63,256 bases of DNA, from the NCBI RefSeq assembly GCF_001194135.2, contig NC_068984.1, positions 11,074,500 to 11,137,755 on the forward strand, read 5' to 3'. Shown piece by piece: positions 51,222 to 63,256 of this stretch. The position numbers and the translations under genes are program-made. Below the pieces are notes generated by a model. The model saw only the letters and a program-made list of their open reading frames with translations, had not been told where the DNA came from and searched no databases. This DNA comes from Octopus bimaculoides. Lineage: Eukaryota. Position 1 is the stretch's first letter. The number at the start of each line of letters is the position of its first letter.

Positions 51222-51994
51222 CAGGTATTGTGTTGTGTATGTAATTTGTAGGAAAGTTGGGAAACCTGCCTAATATTTTATGCATATTATAATTGTCATT
51301 AATTTTTGCTGCTGTAATTACTTCTTTTTTTTTATATTGAGTATTTTAACTTCTGATGGTAATTGATTTGGCATCTTTCTGACCCTTTTTTCCATTCCTC
51401 CCTTTAATTTGGCTTTTAGTTGACCTTCTCTTCAACCTCTGCTTATAATATATCCACCACTCTCCAGACAGTCTCTTCTCCTCTGAAAGTCATTAGGCAG
51501 GTCTTCTGGACCCCTATTCTTAATCCCTATCCCTACCCTTTATTTTCATAGAAGTGGAAAGGATGTCATGCAGCTTAATGATTCTGATGATGGATTTAGT
51601 AGGTTTATGGCATCTGACAAGTACTATCCAAAAGTATTTACTGGGCTAACTTGATGCTTCTTAACCCCTTCCTTCCACCGTTGTCAGAATCAGAAAGGGT
51701 TAAGGGGCTACTAAAAAAAAAAAAATAACTATTCTTAGATTCAAATAACCATGTCCTTTCTCATATTGATTTATTTTGTCTAAGCACAAGACTGACTTTT
51801 GTTTAATGGATAGAGTTGATGGAACCAGGCTTGTATTTGGGTACTTTTTTCAATAATTCTGGTGGGGTTTGAAAATGGTGGAGCTTATGTGAGTAGAACA
51901 TGAACAGTGGACTATAAATCTGTAACACATGCATTAATTTAGTTCTGTTATTTCTGCCAATTCCACAAACAACCATTTTTTGTCTTTAAATATT

Positions 51995-52234
51995 TATTTC
52001 TTTATTGCCCACAAGGGGCTAAACATAGAGGGAACAAACAAGGACAGACAAAGGGATTAAGTCAATTACATCAAACCAGTGTGTAATTGGTACTTATTTA
52101 ATTGACCCCCCCCCTCCCCGAAAGGATGAAAGGCAAAGTCGACCTCGGCAGAATTTCAACTCAGAAAGTAATGGCATATGAAATACCACTAAGTGTTTTG
52201 CCCAGCATACTAACATTTCTTCTAGTTCGCCGCC
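51995..52234 (-). mobile_element. SINE family A, full length
   Basis: Reverse-complement match. Confidence 0.9.
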
Positions 52235-53165
52235 CTTTTTTCTTTAAATATTACTATTTTCTTTAGTAATTTCTAAGCAAAAACATTTGCTGGTTTTCTT
52301 AAAATTATTTCTGCTTTCCGTCCTCTCTTTTACCCTCTTCCAATGTTTTGTAGGATACCTGAGAACTGTATATGCTCATCAGAGGGCAAAGTGGCAGGGA
52401 TCATTAATGTTGGACAAAATGTTTTGCAGTTTGTATTCTTGCACTTTATGTTCTGAGTTCAAACTGCTTTGGACAACTTTGCTTTTCGTTGAGAGGACAT
52501 TGGTGTTGCCTTGGCAGAGGTTTGCACTTTCTGAGTGCTCTTGTTATTATTATTATTATTATTAGCTGCAGCTACAGACTAGTATATACTCTAAATTTAT
52601 GTTCCATCTAGATAATAGTATTTTAACACATTAGACCTTTTGTTGTATTTATGTATTTACTTTATATCCTACAAGGGAGAATATAATGTGACCTCCACAT
52701 TTTGTACAGAGAAAAAAGTCAGTAATATATATTTTATCCCCTTTTTGTTTTATTACACTCCAAATATGATGTTCCCCTACAATGTTGATGCTGATCTTTG
52801 ACTTGTATCAAATTTCATGCATTTTACAGTAGGCTGTTGAAAACTGGGTCTTTGAATTATAATGTATATATGAATGTTTTATGTCTTCTTTTAGTTACAG
52901 TTGTGTTTCAGTGGGATGGGTAGTAAAAAGGAGTCAAAAACAAAAAGGCAGTTTGTTTTTTCCCTTTAGATTATCATTCTCACACCATCCACAACCAAAC
53001 AGAGTCACCTCATTCCTACCACAATTCCCTGCCCTTCACCCTGGTCCCTCTTTCCTCACCAAAAACTACCCCAAGTCACTTGACATTAATCTGAAATGAG
53101 ATAATTCTGCAACACCATGTGATGGGTTTTTTTATTTGCTTTTTTCTTCCCCTACCAACTTTAAG

Positions 53166-53189
53166 CCATGTAAACTCAATGAACAAGAA
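53166..53189 (+). CDS. Candidate 24-nt microexon (HVNSMNK in phase 2, or PCKLNEQE in phase 0)
   Basis: tttttatttgcttttttcttcccctaccaactttaag| with UGC in the tract; GAA|gtgaat donor; length is a multiple of 3. Confidence 0.5.
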
Positions 53190-55654
53190 GTGAATGTCTA
53201 TGTAATTGTATATTTTGGAAATACACAAAGAATATTTGCTGATTCAGAAGAACAGGAATTTCTTAAAACCAAAACTACATAAAAAAAAACAAACAAAAAA
53301 AATGTCTGACTTCAAATTACCAGTGCTAATGAGGAAACCTTATGCAGTCCTCTGAATCTGGTAGAAATAGAAGCTAAACCTTCCTCAAATCATGACCTAT
53401 CTCTTTAAAAAGGGAAGGACATAGTGGATAATATAGTACTGGATAAACTTAAAAGGGATGGTCATGGCTGGAATGTCTTTATCATTATTATCATCTTCAG
53501 AGCCTTAATCATTAGTTATGAAGGCTTTCATTATCCTTATATCTCTGTTGTTGTCATCAAAGTTCATTATCACCATCATTATTTCTGTTTCTCTATAATA
53601 AAATCTTGTGTCAGTAATATAATCTCTTCATGGTAGGTCAACTTGCTAGATGTAGCAGTCAAATCTCCCTCAGTGGAAAAGAGATTCCTTAAAATCAATC
53701 TACATCCAACAAAAAAATACATGCTTATCATATTTCAAATCATCATTGCAAAAGGAAACCGCTAGGTGATCACTTAACCTGCTAGAAATAGCAGCAAAAT
53801 CTTCCTAAAATCAAATCCTATGGTCTTCAAAATTAAATGTCACATTAAATAATCTAGATATAGATATACATTGTTCTCTGACACAGAAATAAAGTGATTA
53901 TCACAAGAACAACTCCAATTTATAGGCCTACTCAGTCAAGATTGATTTGAGTATTTATAAGTAAAGTCTATACTTAACTGAGGAGGTCTGATAATAAAGA
54001 AACCTGTTTGCTGTTGCCTCCCATACTTTCTAGACTAAAATATGAGTTATTAAGCTTTCGTTATCTTTCCTTTGCTGCATTTTTTATTATTTTTATTTCC
54101 TGCATTAAATATGCTAACACTTATATAACTACATTGAATGGCTTGTAATATCACCATTTTTTTTTTTGTGTCAAACGAGAGAGGGAAAGAAAAGAACACT
54201 GGTTTTATTCTATTAGTTCCAACTGTAACCAAAATAAGGTCTTGAGAGAAATGAACAGATGTTATTGTCTGGAATGTAACACCAGCAAATATAAAACTCG
54301 GTTTTCTGTGACATGCACAGATGGGTTTCAAAATACAATACGTTTTTATAGCGCCAGTTAAAGAAAAAAAAATTATTCGAAAAGTAGCTATTATTAAAGT
54401 AAATTATATTTTCCTGTCTGGATAAACAAAATTTAAAGGAATTATATATTAGAGTAAATATGTTGCCAATTTTCCATTCTCGTTGATTAAATTATATTTT
54501 ATGAGTTCTATACTCTAAGGGAAATAACTTTTAGTCTCACCTTGTTTCCACCAGTTTCTTGTCATAGCAATGTTTTTATTTTATTTTTTTTTTAATTAGA
54601 TCAAATTTTCTTCGGATATTTTGTTAATAATAATTATTATTCTACAATTGAAAAGAATTTGTAAACATCAATTTTCTCCTTCTTATTTTTCGTTAAACGC
54701 TTCCTTAATAAATATTGTTTTCTACATAATGTGGTTTATTCAAGGGACATAACAACCTCATATTCAGGTTTAGTCACCGTCTCTCCTTTTCTTTTTAATT
54801 AGCTTTTGACTAATCGTCTAAATCAAAATAAATAAATAAAATTATTAGTTTTGATTATTTCCTGTTTGTTAACAATGGTAATTGTTTGTTCCTGTCTCCT
54901 TAACAGTTTTAACATTCGTTGAAATACCTCTCCCTTGTATAGTTATTGAGAACTCACATTATTTTACAGAAAGAAAAAACATGACTCATTTTTGATACAA
55001 TTCTTTATATTTTTGTTTTTTCGTAAAACATTGCTGCTTAACAATGAAAATTTTAATTTTCTGTTTATAGAGCTGGGCTTATTTAATAAGGACAAAAAAA
55101 TATTATAATTGTTTCTAACTGTAGCACAAAGCCAGAGATTTTGAGGGGAGGGGTTAATTGATGCCATAGACCCCAGTACTTCATTGGTACTTTATTTTAT
55201 CAATCCCGAAAGAATGAAAGGCAAAGTTGACCTCAGCAATGCAAAGAGAAATGTCACTAAACTGTTAGTCCAGAGAGCCAGCAATTCTGCTTAATATCAT
55301 CATTGTCATTTAACGTCCATTTTCCATGCTGGCATGGGTTGGACAGTTTGGCTGAAAACTGGTAAGCTGGGGGAGCTGCACTGGGCTTCAATCTGATTTG
55401 GCTTGGTTTCTACAGCTATATGCCCTTCCTAATGCCAACCACTCCAAGACTGTAACAGGTGCTTTTTTTCACGGCACCAACATGGGTACCAGTTAAAAAA
55501 ACAATGGCATCAGCTGCAGCTATGATCTCACTTGCCTTGACAGGTCTTCTCAAGCACAGTATATTGCCAAAGGGCTCGGTCACTTGTCACTGCCTTTTGA
55601 GGCCCACATGTCACCGACATAGGAGCCAGACATAATAATAATAATAATAATAAC

Positions 55655-56023
55655 AACAAGAGCACTCAGAGAGTACAAACCTTTGCCAAAGCAACACCAA
55701 CGTCCTCTCAATGATTAGCCGGAGATGATTTTTAAAATAAGAATATCTGAAATAAACTCAACTGCTCTCACAAACGAGAATACTAAAAATGAACCTGACC
55801 TCTCTCAAAAATGAAGTAAAAAAACCAGAAAAATAATCCAGAATCCTTGTCCGGTACTGGATCGATCCCATAATCTAATCAGTTTGTGCTAGTCATGAGG
55901 CTAAACATCCCTGAAAGTTTCATCAGAATCCATCCAGTGGTTCTTGAGATATCTTGTCCGCGGACAAACAAACAAACAAGCACAACTGAAAACAATGCCT
56001 CCGCCTTCGCTGAGGCGGAGGTA
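55655..56023 (+). mobile_element. Non-autonomous Helentron/HINE-like element inserted in (TAA)n
   Basis: Starts AACAAGAGCACTCAGAGAG with a decayed subterminal ACCT(T)TGCCAAAGC, and ends in the hairpin CCTCCGCCT-TCGCTG-AGGCGGAGG (55998-56021). Confidence 0.65.
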
Positions 56024-56049
56024 ATAATAATAATAATAATAATAATAAT

Positions 56050-56518
56050 CCTTTCTACTATAGTGTTTGAAAAATGATATTTAACTGAAATTTCGAGGGA
56101 GGAGGCCAAGTTGATTACATCGACCCCAGTGTATAACTGGTACTTATTTCATCAGCTCTGAAAGGATGAAAGGCAAAGTCAACCTCGGCAACTTAATAAT
56201 TGAGGCATAAGGCCAACAATTTCGTGAGGTGTATATTAGTCAATACAATCAACCCAGTACTTAAGTGGTTCTTTATTTTATCAGCACCAAAAGGATGATA
56301 GGCAAAGTTGACCATGGCAGGGTTTGAACTCAGAACATAGCAAAAAAAGGAAAAAAAAAAAACAAGGTGGCTGTGTGGTAAGAAGCTTGCTTCCGAACCA
56401 CATGGTTCCAAATTCAGTCCCACTGTGTGGCACCTTGGGTAAGTGTCTTCTACTATAGCCTCAGGCCAACCAAAGCCTTGTGAGTGGATTTGGCAGACAG
56501 AAAGTGAAAGAAGCCCGT

Positions 56519-56555
<37 letters not shown>

Positions 56556-57210
56556 GTATTTGTGTGTCTGTGTTTGTCCTCCCACCATCACTTGACAACC
56601 AATGTTGGTGTGTTTGCATCCCCATAACTTGGCAGTTCAGCAAAAGAGACCAATACAATGAGTACTAGGCTTACAAAGAATAAGCCCTGGGGTCGATTTG
56701 TTCAACTAAAGGTGGTGCTCCAGCATGGCTGCAGTCAAATGATTGAGACAGGTTATAGAATAAAAGAATACAACCGGGCATATTTTGTCCGACTCTCTCT
56801 CTTGTGCCGGAAAAATTGCTGTGAAATGTTTGTTCTGGTTTTTTTACTTTCTAGGTTAAAATCCTGCCAAAATCTATTCTACCTGTCATGCTTTTCAGGG
56901 TTGATAAAATAAGGTACCATAGAATTACTGAGATCAAGGTTATTGGCTTACTCCCCTCTTGGAATTATTGGCTTTGTGCCAAAATTAGGAGCTGTTGAAG
57001 GTTGTGAGCTGTCAGATTCATTAGCACATTGGTAAAAATGCCTTGTGGTATTTCTTCTGTTTCCTTACATTCCTAGCTTAAATCTTACTGAGGTCAGCTT
57101 TGCCTTTCATCCCTTCAGGGGTCAATGAAACAGTCAAATAATGGGGTTGATGTTGTCAATTAACCCCTTCCCTCAAACTTGCTCCCCTTGTGCTGAAATT
57201 AGAAACAATT
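56050..57210. mobile_element. Dense SINE cluster (A minus x2, B plus at 56366-56768, A plus x2)
   Basis: Family motifs. Confidence 0.8.
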
Positions 57211-57302
57211 GCTTTATAGTGATATATTTCTGAATGGTTGTTTGTAGGTTAGTATGTGATATCTTCATCATTATTGCCATTTAATGTCTGCTTTCCAATA
57301 TC

Positions 57303-57913
57303 TGTTCAGTTTGGCTCACAGATGTTCTGATTAATTTTTTTTAACCAAACAGTTTGAAACTTCGTATACTGGTGGAATGTCTCAGACAGTACATGGTTTA
57401 CTTTGAACATTTTTGACAAAATTTGGTATTTTAGAAGTTATTTTGTGTTAAAGTTGTCGTATTTGGGTAAATTCAACCAATCAACAACATGTATTCGGGT
57501 GAAGAAAGCTATTGCTGTTTGTCATAATAATGGAAGAGGAACAATTTTCTGGGTCACCTCAGCTAAATGTCACCACTGTTCTATTCATATGGCGAGTGAA
57601 GACAATACCACCTTTATCCTTTCTTCCTTTCTAGTCAGTACTGTGAATTCCTTACTCTTTTCCCCCCAGAAGTTCTTCTCTTTGGTTACTATTGCAAACA
57701 GCAGTAGCTTTCTTCAACCAAATACACATTATTGATTGGTCGAAATTACCCAAATATGACAAATTTAGCATGAAATAACTTCTAAAATACCAAATTTTGT
57801 TAAAAATGTTCAAAGTAAACTGTGTTCTGCCTGAAACATTCCACCAGTATACGAAGTTTCAAACTGTTTGGTTAAAAAAGATTAACTAAAACATTTGTGA
57901 GCCAAACTGAACA
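57303..57913. mobile_element. Foldback/Mutator-like DNA element with about 192-bp terminal inverted repeats
   Basis: 57303-57494 is the reverse complement of 57721-57913 (high identity by eye); flanked by tctgctttcca and tccactttcca. Confidence 0.8.
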
Positions 57914-58223
57914 TCCACTTTCCATGCTGCCATAGGTTGGATGGTTCAACAGGAACCATCCATACAGAGGACTGTGTCAAGTTCCAGTGTGTGTTAGATA
58001 TAGCTACTACAGCCTGATGCAATTCCTCATGCCAACCTCTTAACAGAATGTATTGGCTGTTTTTTGTGTGTGTGTGCAATTCTGGCACTAATGAGGTCAA
58101 CAGGTAACTCACTAGACAAGACCCCTCAACTGTGTGGAGCTGTAGAATTAAGGGAGGTAGATGGATGATAAAGAGACCAGAACAGCTGTCCTCATGAAGA
58201 GAAGATACATGGTTTCACAACAG

Positions 58224-58266
<43 letters not shown>

Positions 58267-59008
58267 TGAAAGTGTACCCTTGAGGTATAAGGTGAATATA
58301 GGAGAGAAAGAGATTGGGTTGAGGAGTAGAAAGGGTGAGAGTTGGTAGCTAAGTATGCAAGAATGTGAAAGAAGTGTGACATAGTTAAAGATGGACACCA
58401 ATTNNNNNNNNNNNNNNNCCTCCACCAATTTGTTTGATTTTTCTGTAAAAGAAACACGTAATGTTGTTAACTTTTTGGTTTTCTCTCTCTGTTTGCGTAC
58501 AACAAACCACCTTGATAAACATATTGTGATTCTCTCTAAACTACTTCGTATAAACCACCATCGCAAACCTCTCTTAGAAACCACCCCTGTAAAACGTGTC
58601 TTACAATGTCATTAACTTCTTGATTTTTCTCTCTGTTTACATACATCAAACTACCTTGATAAACAAATTGTAATTCTCTCTAAACTACTCATAAAACCTG
58701 TCTTATAAGCTACCTTGGTAAACCTGTCATATGTCTCTGTCATCTATTCTCAACTCTTATCAATCACTAGAATCAAAAATAATATAAAATGAATGTTTGT
58801 TTGTTCTTGTTTCTTTTTTACTTCCTTAAGCTTTTCAATATTAGTTTATTTCAATTCAGCAGATGGAATTATTGATTTTTATGTTTTTCCATTTATTTAT
58901 ATATTTATTCATCATGTTTTTTAACAAAATTCAATTTATTCCATTAGTCGCAGATGATTTATTGACAATATGGACAGCATTCTATTGTATTTATTTCTTG
59001 AAAAAGAA

Positions 59009-59044
<36 letters not shown>

Positions 59045-59893
59045 GGATTAGAGTTTGAGAAATGATATTTAACTGTTGGTCTTGAAAATCTTGCTACAAG
59101 CACTTTGAATTATGTCCTTAAAAGTAAGACAGATTACATTAACTCTTATCCGAATTTATTGCTGAGTTTATTCGAGTGTTAAGCATGGCTGTGTGGTTAA
59201 GAAGCTTGCTTTGCAACTGTGTGGTTTCGGGTTCAGTTCCACTGCACTGCAACTTGGGCAAGTGTTTTCTACTATAGACCTGGGCCAACCAATACCTTGT
59301 AAGTGGAAGATGAAAACTGTGTGGAAATCATTGTTGTGTATGTGTTGTAAAGTGGGTTCCTCCCACTGGTGTGATGTGTGACTGCCATTGTACTGTAGTT
59401 GCTGTTTTACGCTAGCAGCCACAATAGTTACTAGTCATTGGATACTGTTGCATCTCTTCATACTAGAATAGTAATATGCTAACTTCTTCTGTCTTACTAT
59501 CGCTGATAGCTCCACAAGACACCGACTAGAACTATCGACTCTCAACTCATCAACTCTCAACCCTCTCTTGATGACTGGCTACTGGTCTATTTATAACAGC
59601 TGTCTCCTACCACTTTTTTACTGGGAGGGGTATACAGTTTCACCACTTGACAACCAGTGTTGGTTTCTTTCTGTCCTTGTAACTTAGCAGCTCAGCAAAA
59701 GAAACTGCTAAAATAAATATCAGACTTTACAAAATAAGCACTAGGTTTGATTTATTCAACCCTTCAAGGTGATGCCCCAGCATGGCCACAGTTCAATAAC
59801 TGAAACAAGTAAAAGCTAAAATAAACTCCTGTAGATGTCCCTAACCACTGGGTCTTATAAAACATGGGCTTACATACTTCCTGACATCTGTTA

Positions 59894-60050
59894 TTTAGTC
59901 CTAGGTGAACAGTGCACAAAACTATGCTTTAGTCTTCGTGAATACTACTGGACATCAAGCTTTAGTCTCCACAAATAGTGCATATTATACTTTAGTCCTC
60001 ACAAATAGTTCACAGCATCATGTTTTAGTCCTCACAGATAGCACATACAA
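59894..60050. repeat. Degenerate 30-34-bp tandem repeat with a conserved TTTAGTC core
   Basis: Cores at 59894, 59928, 59961, 59991 and 60024. Confidence 0.8.
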
Positions 60051-60873
60051 GTTACTTCGCACTTTCATGACCATAATTCTGGTATATCCACTATCTGTAT
60101 ATATGTTTAAATTAAGTTTTAAAACAACCAAGAATTTGGAGTTGTTTAGAAAAATAAATTTTTCCATTATTAAACTGTTGTTTAAAGAACATAACACGAC
60201 AAAGTTTGAAAGCCTTACATTAAATATGAAGTCTAAAATAGGTTTTGTATCATAAAAACAGGCAGGGTTTCAGGTGGGTCACTATTAAAAGATTTAACCT
60301 TTTAGCATATCTGGCCCATATATTCTACTTTTTTTATGTTCAAATGAGCCAGATCCAGCTTCTCACACCTACTCTGCAATGTCATTCTAAAAATCACATC
60401 TACAAGACAAAGCATGATTAATTGAAAACGATGTGAATAAATAAGTATTACATTTGACTGAGTAATCTAAATGCTAAAGAGTGTGTTGCTTTGTATTATT
60501 CATCATAGTCATCATCATCATCATCGTTTAACGTCCACTTTCCATGCTAGCATGGGTTGGACGATTTGACTGAGGACTGGTGAACCAGATGGCTACGCCA
60601 GGCTCCAATCTGATTTGGCAGAGTTTCTACATCTAGATGCCCTTCCTAATGCCAACCACTCCAAGAGTGTAGTGGGTGCTTTTACGTGCCACCGGCACGA
60701 AGGTCAGCTGATATTTGGCAATTTATGTTTGGTTACTGGAAGTTGTTCCATCTCATGTTTGGTTGCTAAAAATGGTTTCGTGTTATGTCTGATGTTTGAT
60801 ATAGAAAGCTGCTCAATATTGTAATCATATGATACAGAAATTGAATAAAATATGTGTAATGATAGAGAAATTA

Positions 60874-61067
60874 TATGAAATATAAGTATTGGTAAGGAAT
60901 TATACAGAATATAGGCATTAAGACACTATATGAAATATAAGCATATATCATTTCAATACTTATGAAATATATGTATAGCGAGAGTAACTGTATGAAATCT
61001 AAGCAATGATACAATAATTATATGAAATCTAAGAATTAAATCTGTAATTAATTATATGAAATATTAA
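60874..61067. repeat. Spaced repeat: 7 copies of TATGAAAT(A/C)TAAG-like 13-mers with variable spacers
   Basis: Starts at 60874, 60903 (variant), 60929, 60961, 60991, 61021 and 61055. Confidence 0.8.
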
Positions 61068-61352
61068 TCTTGGTTTAATTCCATAAAATGAGTACGTGAA
61101 CTGTGAGAATTATATGCAAGAGCACTGCGTAAATGTGTTTTAAATTTTTGTGTTGATTACTTTCATTTGTGTGCTATAAACACATTGCCTGATGCCATGC
61201 AATAAATATCTTCACCTGTAACAGAAGCACAATTTCTCTTTCTCACCTTGCGGATGTGTTTACTTACGATATAAACGTGTGTGTGTGTGTGTGTGTGTGT
61301 GATATTTACTCAGTAGATAAATACTTGCTTTTTTTTCTCACCTACATGTCAG

Positions 61353-61364
61353 GTATCTTCACCT
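61353..61364 (+). CDS. Candidate 12-nt microexon GTATCTTCACCT (or an AG|GT recursive splice site)
   Basis: tacttgcttttttttctcacctacatgtcag| is a strong acceptor with UGC; donor CCT|gtgaaa; length is a multiple of 3. Confidence 0.4.
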
Positions 61365-62113
61365 GTGAAATAAACAGTCTGCCCCTCCGTTTGTCATCAT
61401 TTTGTCAGTTTCTTATTTCAAGACCATGTAATTTTTTGAGAGAGAAAGAAAGAAATTAAAGAAAGAGAGAGAGAAAGAAAGAAACAGACAGATTGAGTCT
61501 GCCTGTGCTTTTATGTTTTATTTCCATTTGGTGAAATTTAAAGCAAATTCACCTCTTCTCTAAGTTAAGACATTTGATAAGGAATCTTCTCTCTTCTCAT
61601 TAAGATAAAGTAAAGACTGAATTAATTGGTCCTGGGTGTGTATATTATAGCTTTTCCACACACCTATCACTCTACCAAAAGATACAGATCAATAAATAAC
61701 AGGTGCTGTAAAAAATATAAAACACCGAGAAAAAAAAGGTTATTTAGAACAGAAAGTTTTATTATTAGGACAGCAAGTGGCCAAGTCAGTGGTGTGCCAG
61801 ACAATTACTGTCTTGTGTATCTTTAGGTTCTGTGTTCAAATCTTACCAGAATGGAGTTTGCTTTTCATCCTTGTGAGAATAGATATAAAAAAAAGGGAAT
61901 CAGGCGCAGGAGTGGCTGTGTGGTAAGACGCTTGCTTCTCAACCTCATGGTTCCGGGTTCAGTCCCACTGCGTGGCACCTTGGAACCATGCTGCTGCTAG
62001 TAGTAGTAGTAGTAGTAGTAGTAACTATTTACCATGGAGAGAGTGGGTTAGATTTTTCTCTGCTAGAAAGACAATATACACTGTATTTGAGAATTCCTTT
62101 GCCTACATTCACA

Positions 62114-62147
<34 letters not shown>

Positions 62148-62341
62148 TACATACATAGATGTGTGTGTGTGTGTGTGTGTGTGTGTTATATCATGTAAAA
62201 AGACAAATGATGGACAAGCAGCTATGGTATAAAATCACTTACAAAGATATTACATAAACGTAACTATGATTTAGAATAAAAGAGACAGACTTTGATATTT
62301 AAGAGTGTGTGTGTGTTAAGCATTCGTTTGTACCTATTTAG

Positions 62342-62511
62342 TCTCCGTTATTAGAGAGCAACAGGAACAACATCAGACAAGCAAAGTTTACATTATCAGA
62401 TCCTCTTCTACCTACACCTTACTATTTACTGCCTCCTCAACTCACGGGATCACTTGAATGGTTCTTACTGCCACACCTCTCATTTCCACTTTCTTTTTTC
62501 CTCTACACCTG
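62342..62511 (+). CDS. Candidate exon or internal first exon ending at a consensus donor
   Basis: CCTG|gtaagt at 62511/62512. Possible acceptors at 62341 and 62399; one frame is open (SPLLESNRNN...DPLLPTPYYLLPPQLTGSLEW...). Confidence 0.35.
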
Positions 62512-62549
62512 GTAAGTTTTGCTTTATGCTTCTGTTTACTTGATTTCTC

Positions 62550-62593
<44 letters not shown>

Positions 62594-62877
62594 TGGTCTT
62601 AGAACAGATAGATACTGTGGCTTTGCTGGAGACTAAATGAGTTGATGACAAGAGGGTCACTCTGCCATAAAGTCATGCCTCAGAAGAACTGTTCAACTCA
62701 TGCCAATGACCTCATGCTTTTCTCAGCGGTCAGCTTTGTCAGACAAGTCAATGACTGCTGAAACTTCAAAGTCACTATCAGACTTTTCCATATAAATATG
62801 TGTGTACATACATGTAAGTGTAAATATATCTGACTGTGTTTATAATATATGTTTGTACACACACACACACACACACA

Positions 62878-62916
<39 letters not shown>

Positions 62917-63256
62917 TAATGCTAAAGTTATTTTGAAGCAAGTTTAAGAATAATGGTGAAAATATTTATTTTAGTATCATTTGATATATATATTTATATA
63001 CTTGTGTGTATATATATATATTTATATGTGTGTGTCTGTTTGTCTGTGTACATATATGTATATATGTGTGTGTAAGTATGTATGGACTTTGGCCAGGATG
63101 CGAGCAACTTAGCCTCTAAAATATGTGTAAAGAATGACTTAACAGACTACAGAACTCAAATGAAATATGAAGCAGAGCAAACTGATTCTGTTCATGCGTT
63201 TGAAGTTTTCAGAAACAAAATGACATCCTATTCACGATCACTTTATACTTTAAACT

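Noticed and set aside
58460-58740. About 150-bp degenerate tandem duplication next to a (GA)n tract and a small gap
   Set aside because: Ordinary local duplication with no coding or structural signal.
60874-61067. CRISPR array
   Set aside because: Animal intronic context, 13-bp non-identical repeats, short AT-rich spacers and no cas genes.

Overview
Eukaryotic animal genomic DNA from a gapped draft assembly: AT-rich, saturated with (TA)n/(CA)n/(TACA)n/(TAA)n/(CAT)n microsatellites, with about 10 N-gaps. The repeat families (three abundant SINE-type families, plus RTE, CR1-like and R4/Dong LINE remnants) look like those I recall from octopus/coleoid cephalopods; this is recognition, not a database result. 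There is no long intact CDS. Nearly all listed ORFs are microsatellite or N-gap artefacts, and the rest are decayed retrotransposon fragments. The main non-repeat signal is a series of plus-strand splice-signal pairs bracketing very short segments (4-63 nt) from position 190 to about 62.5 kb. This suggests the window is mostly intronic sequence of one large, microexon-rich gene that I cannot name. Two of the candidate exons sit inside strong RNA hairpins that cover their splice sites. Other points of interest: a tRNA-headed SINE with a Penelope-type minimal hammerhead-like motif, a pre-miRNA-like foldback, a long-TIR element, phased AP-1 and E-box arrays, and CpG-depleted versus CpG-retaining domains. 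Exon calls are by eye and unvalidated, reading frames are ambiguous, and repeat boundaries are approximate (about +/-10-20 bp).
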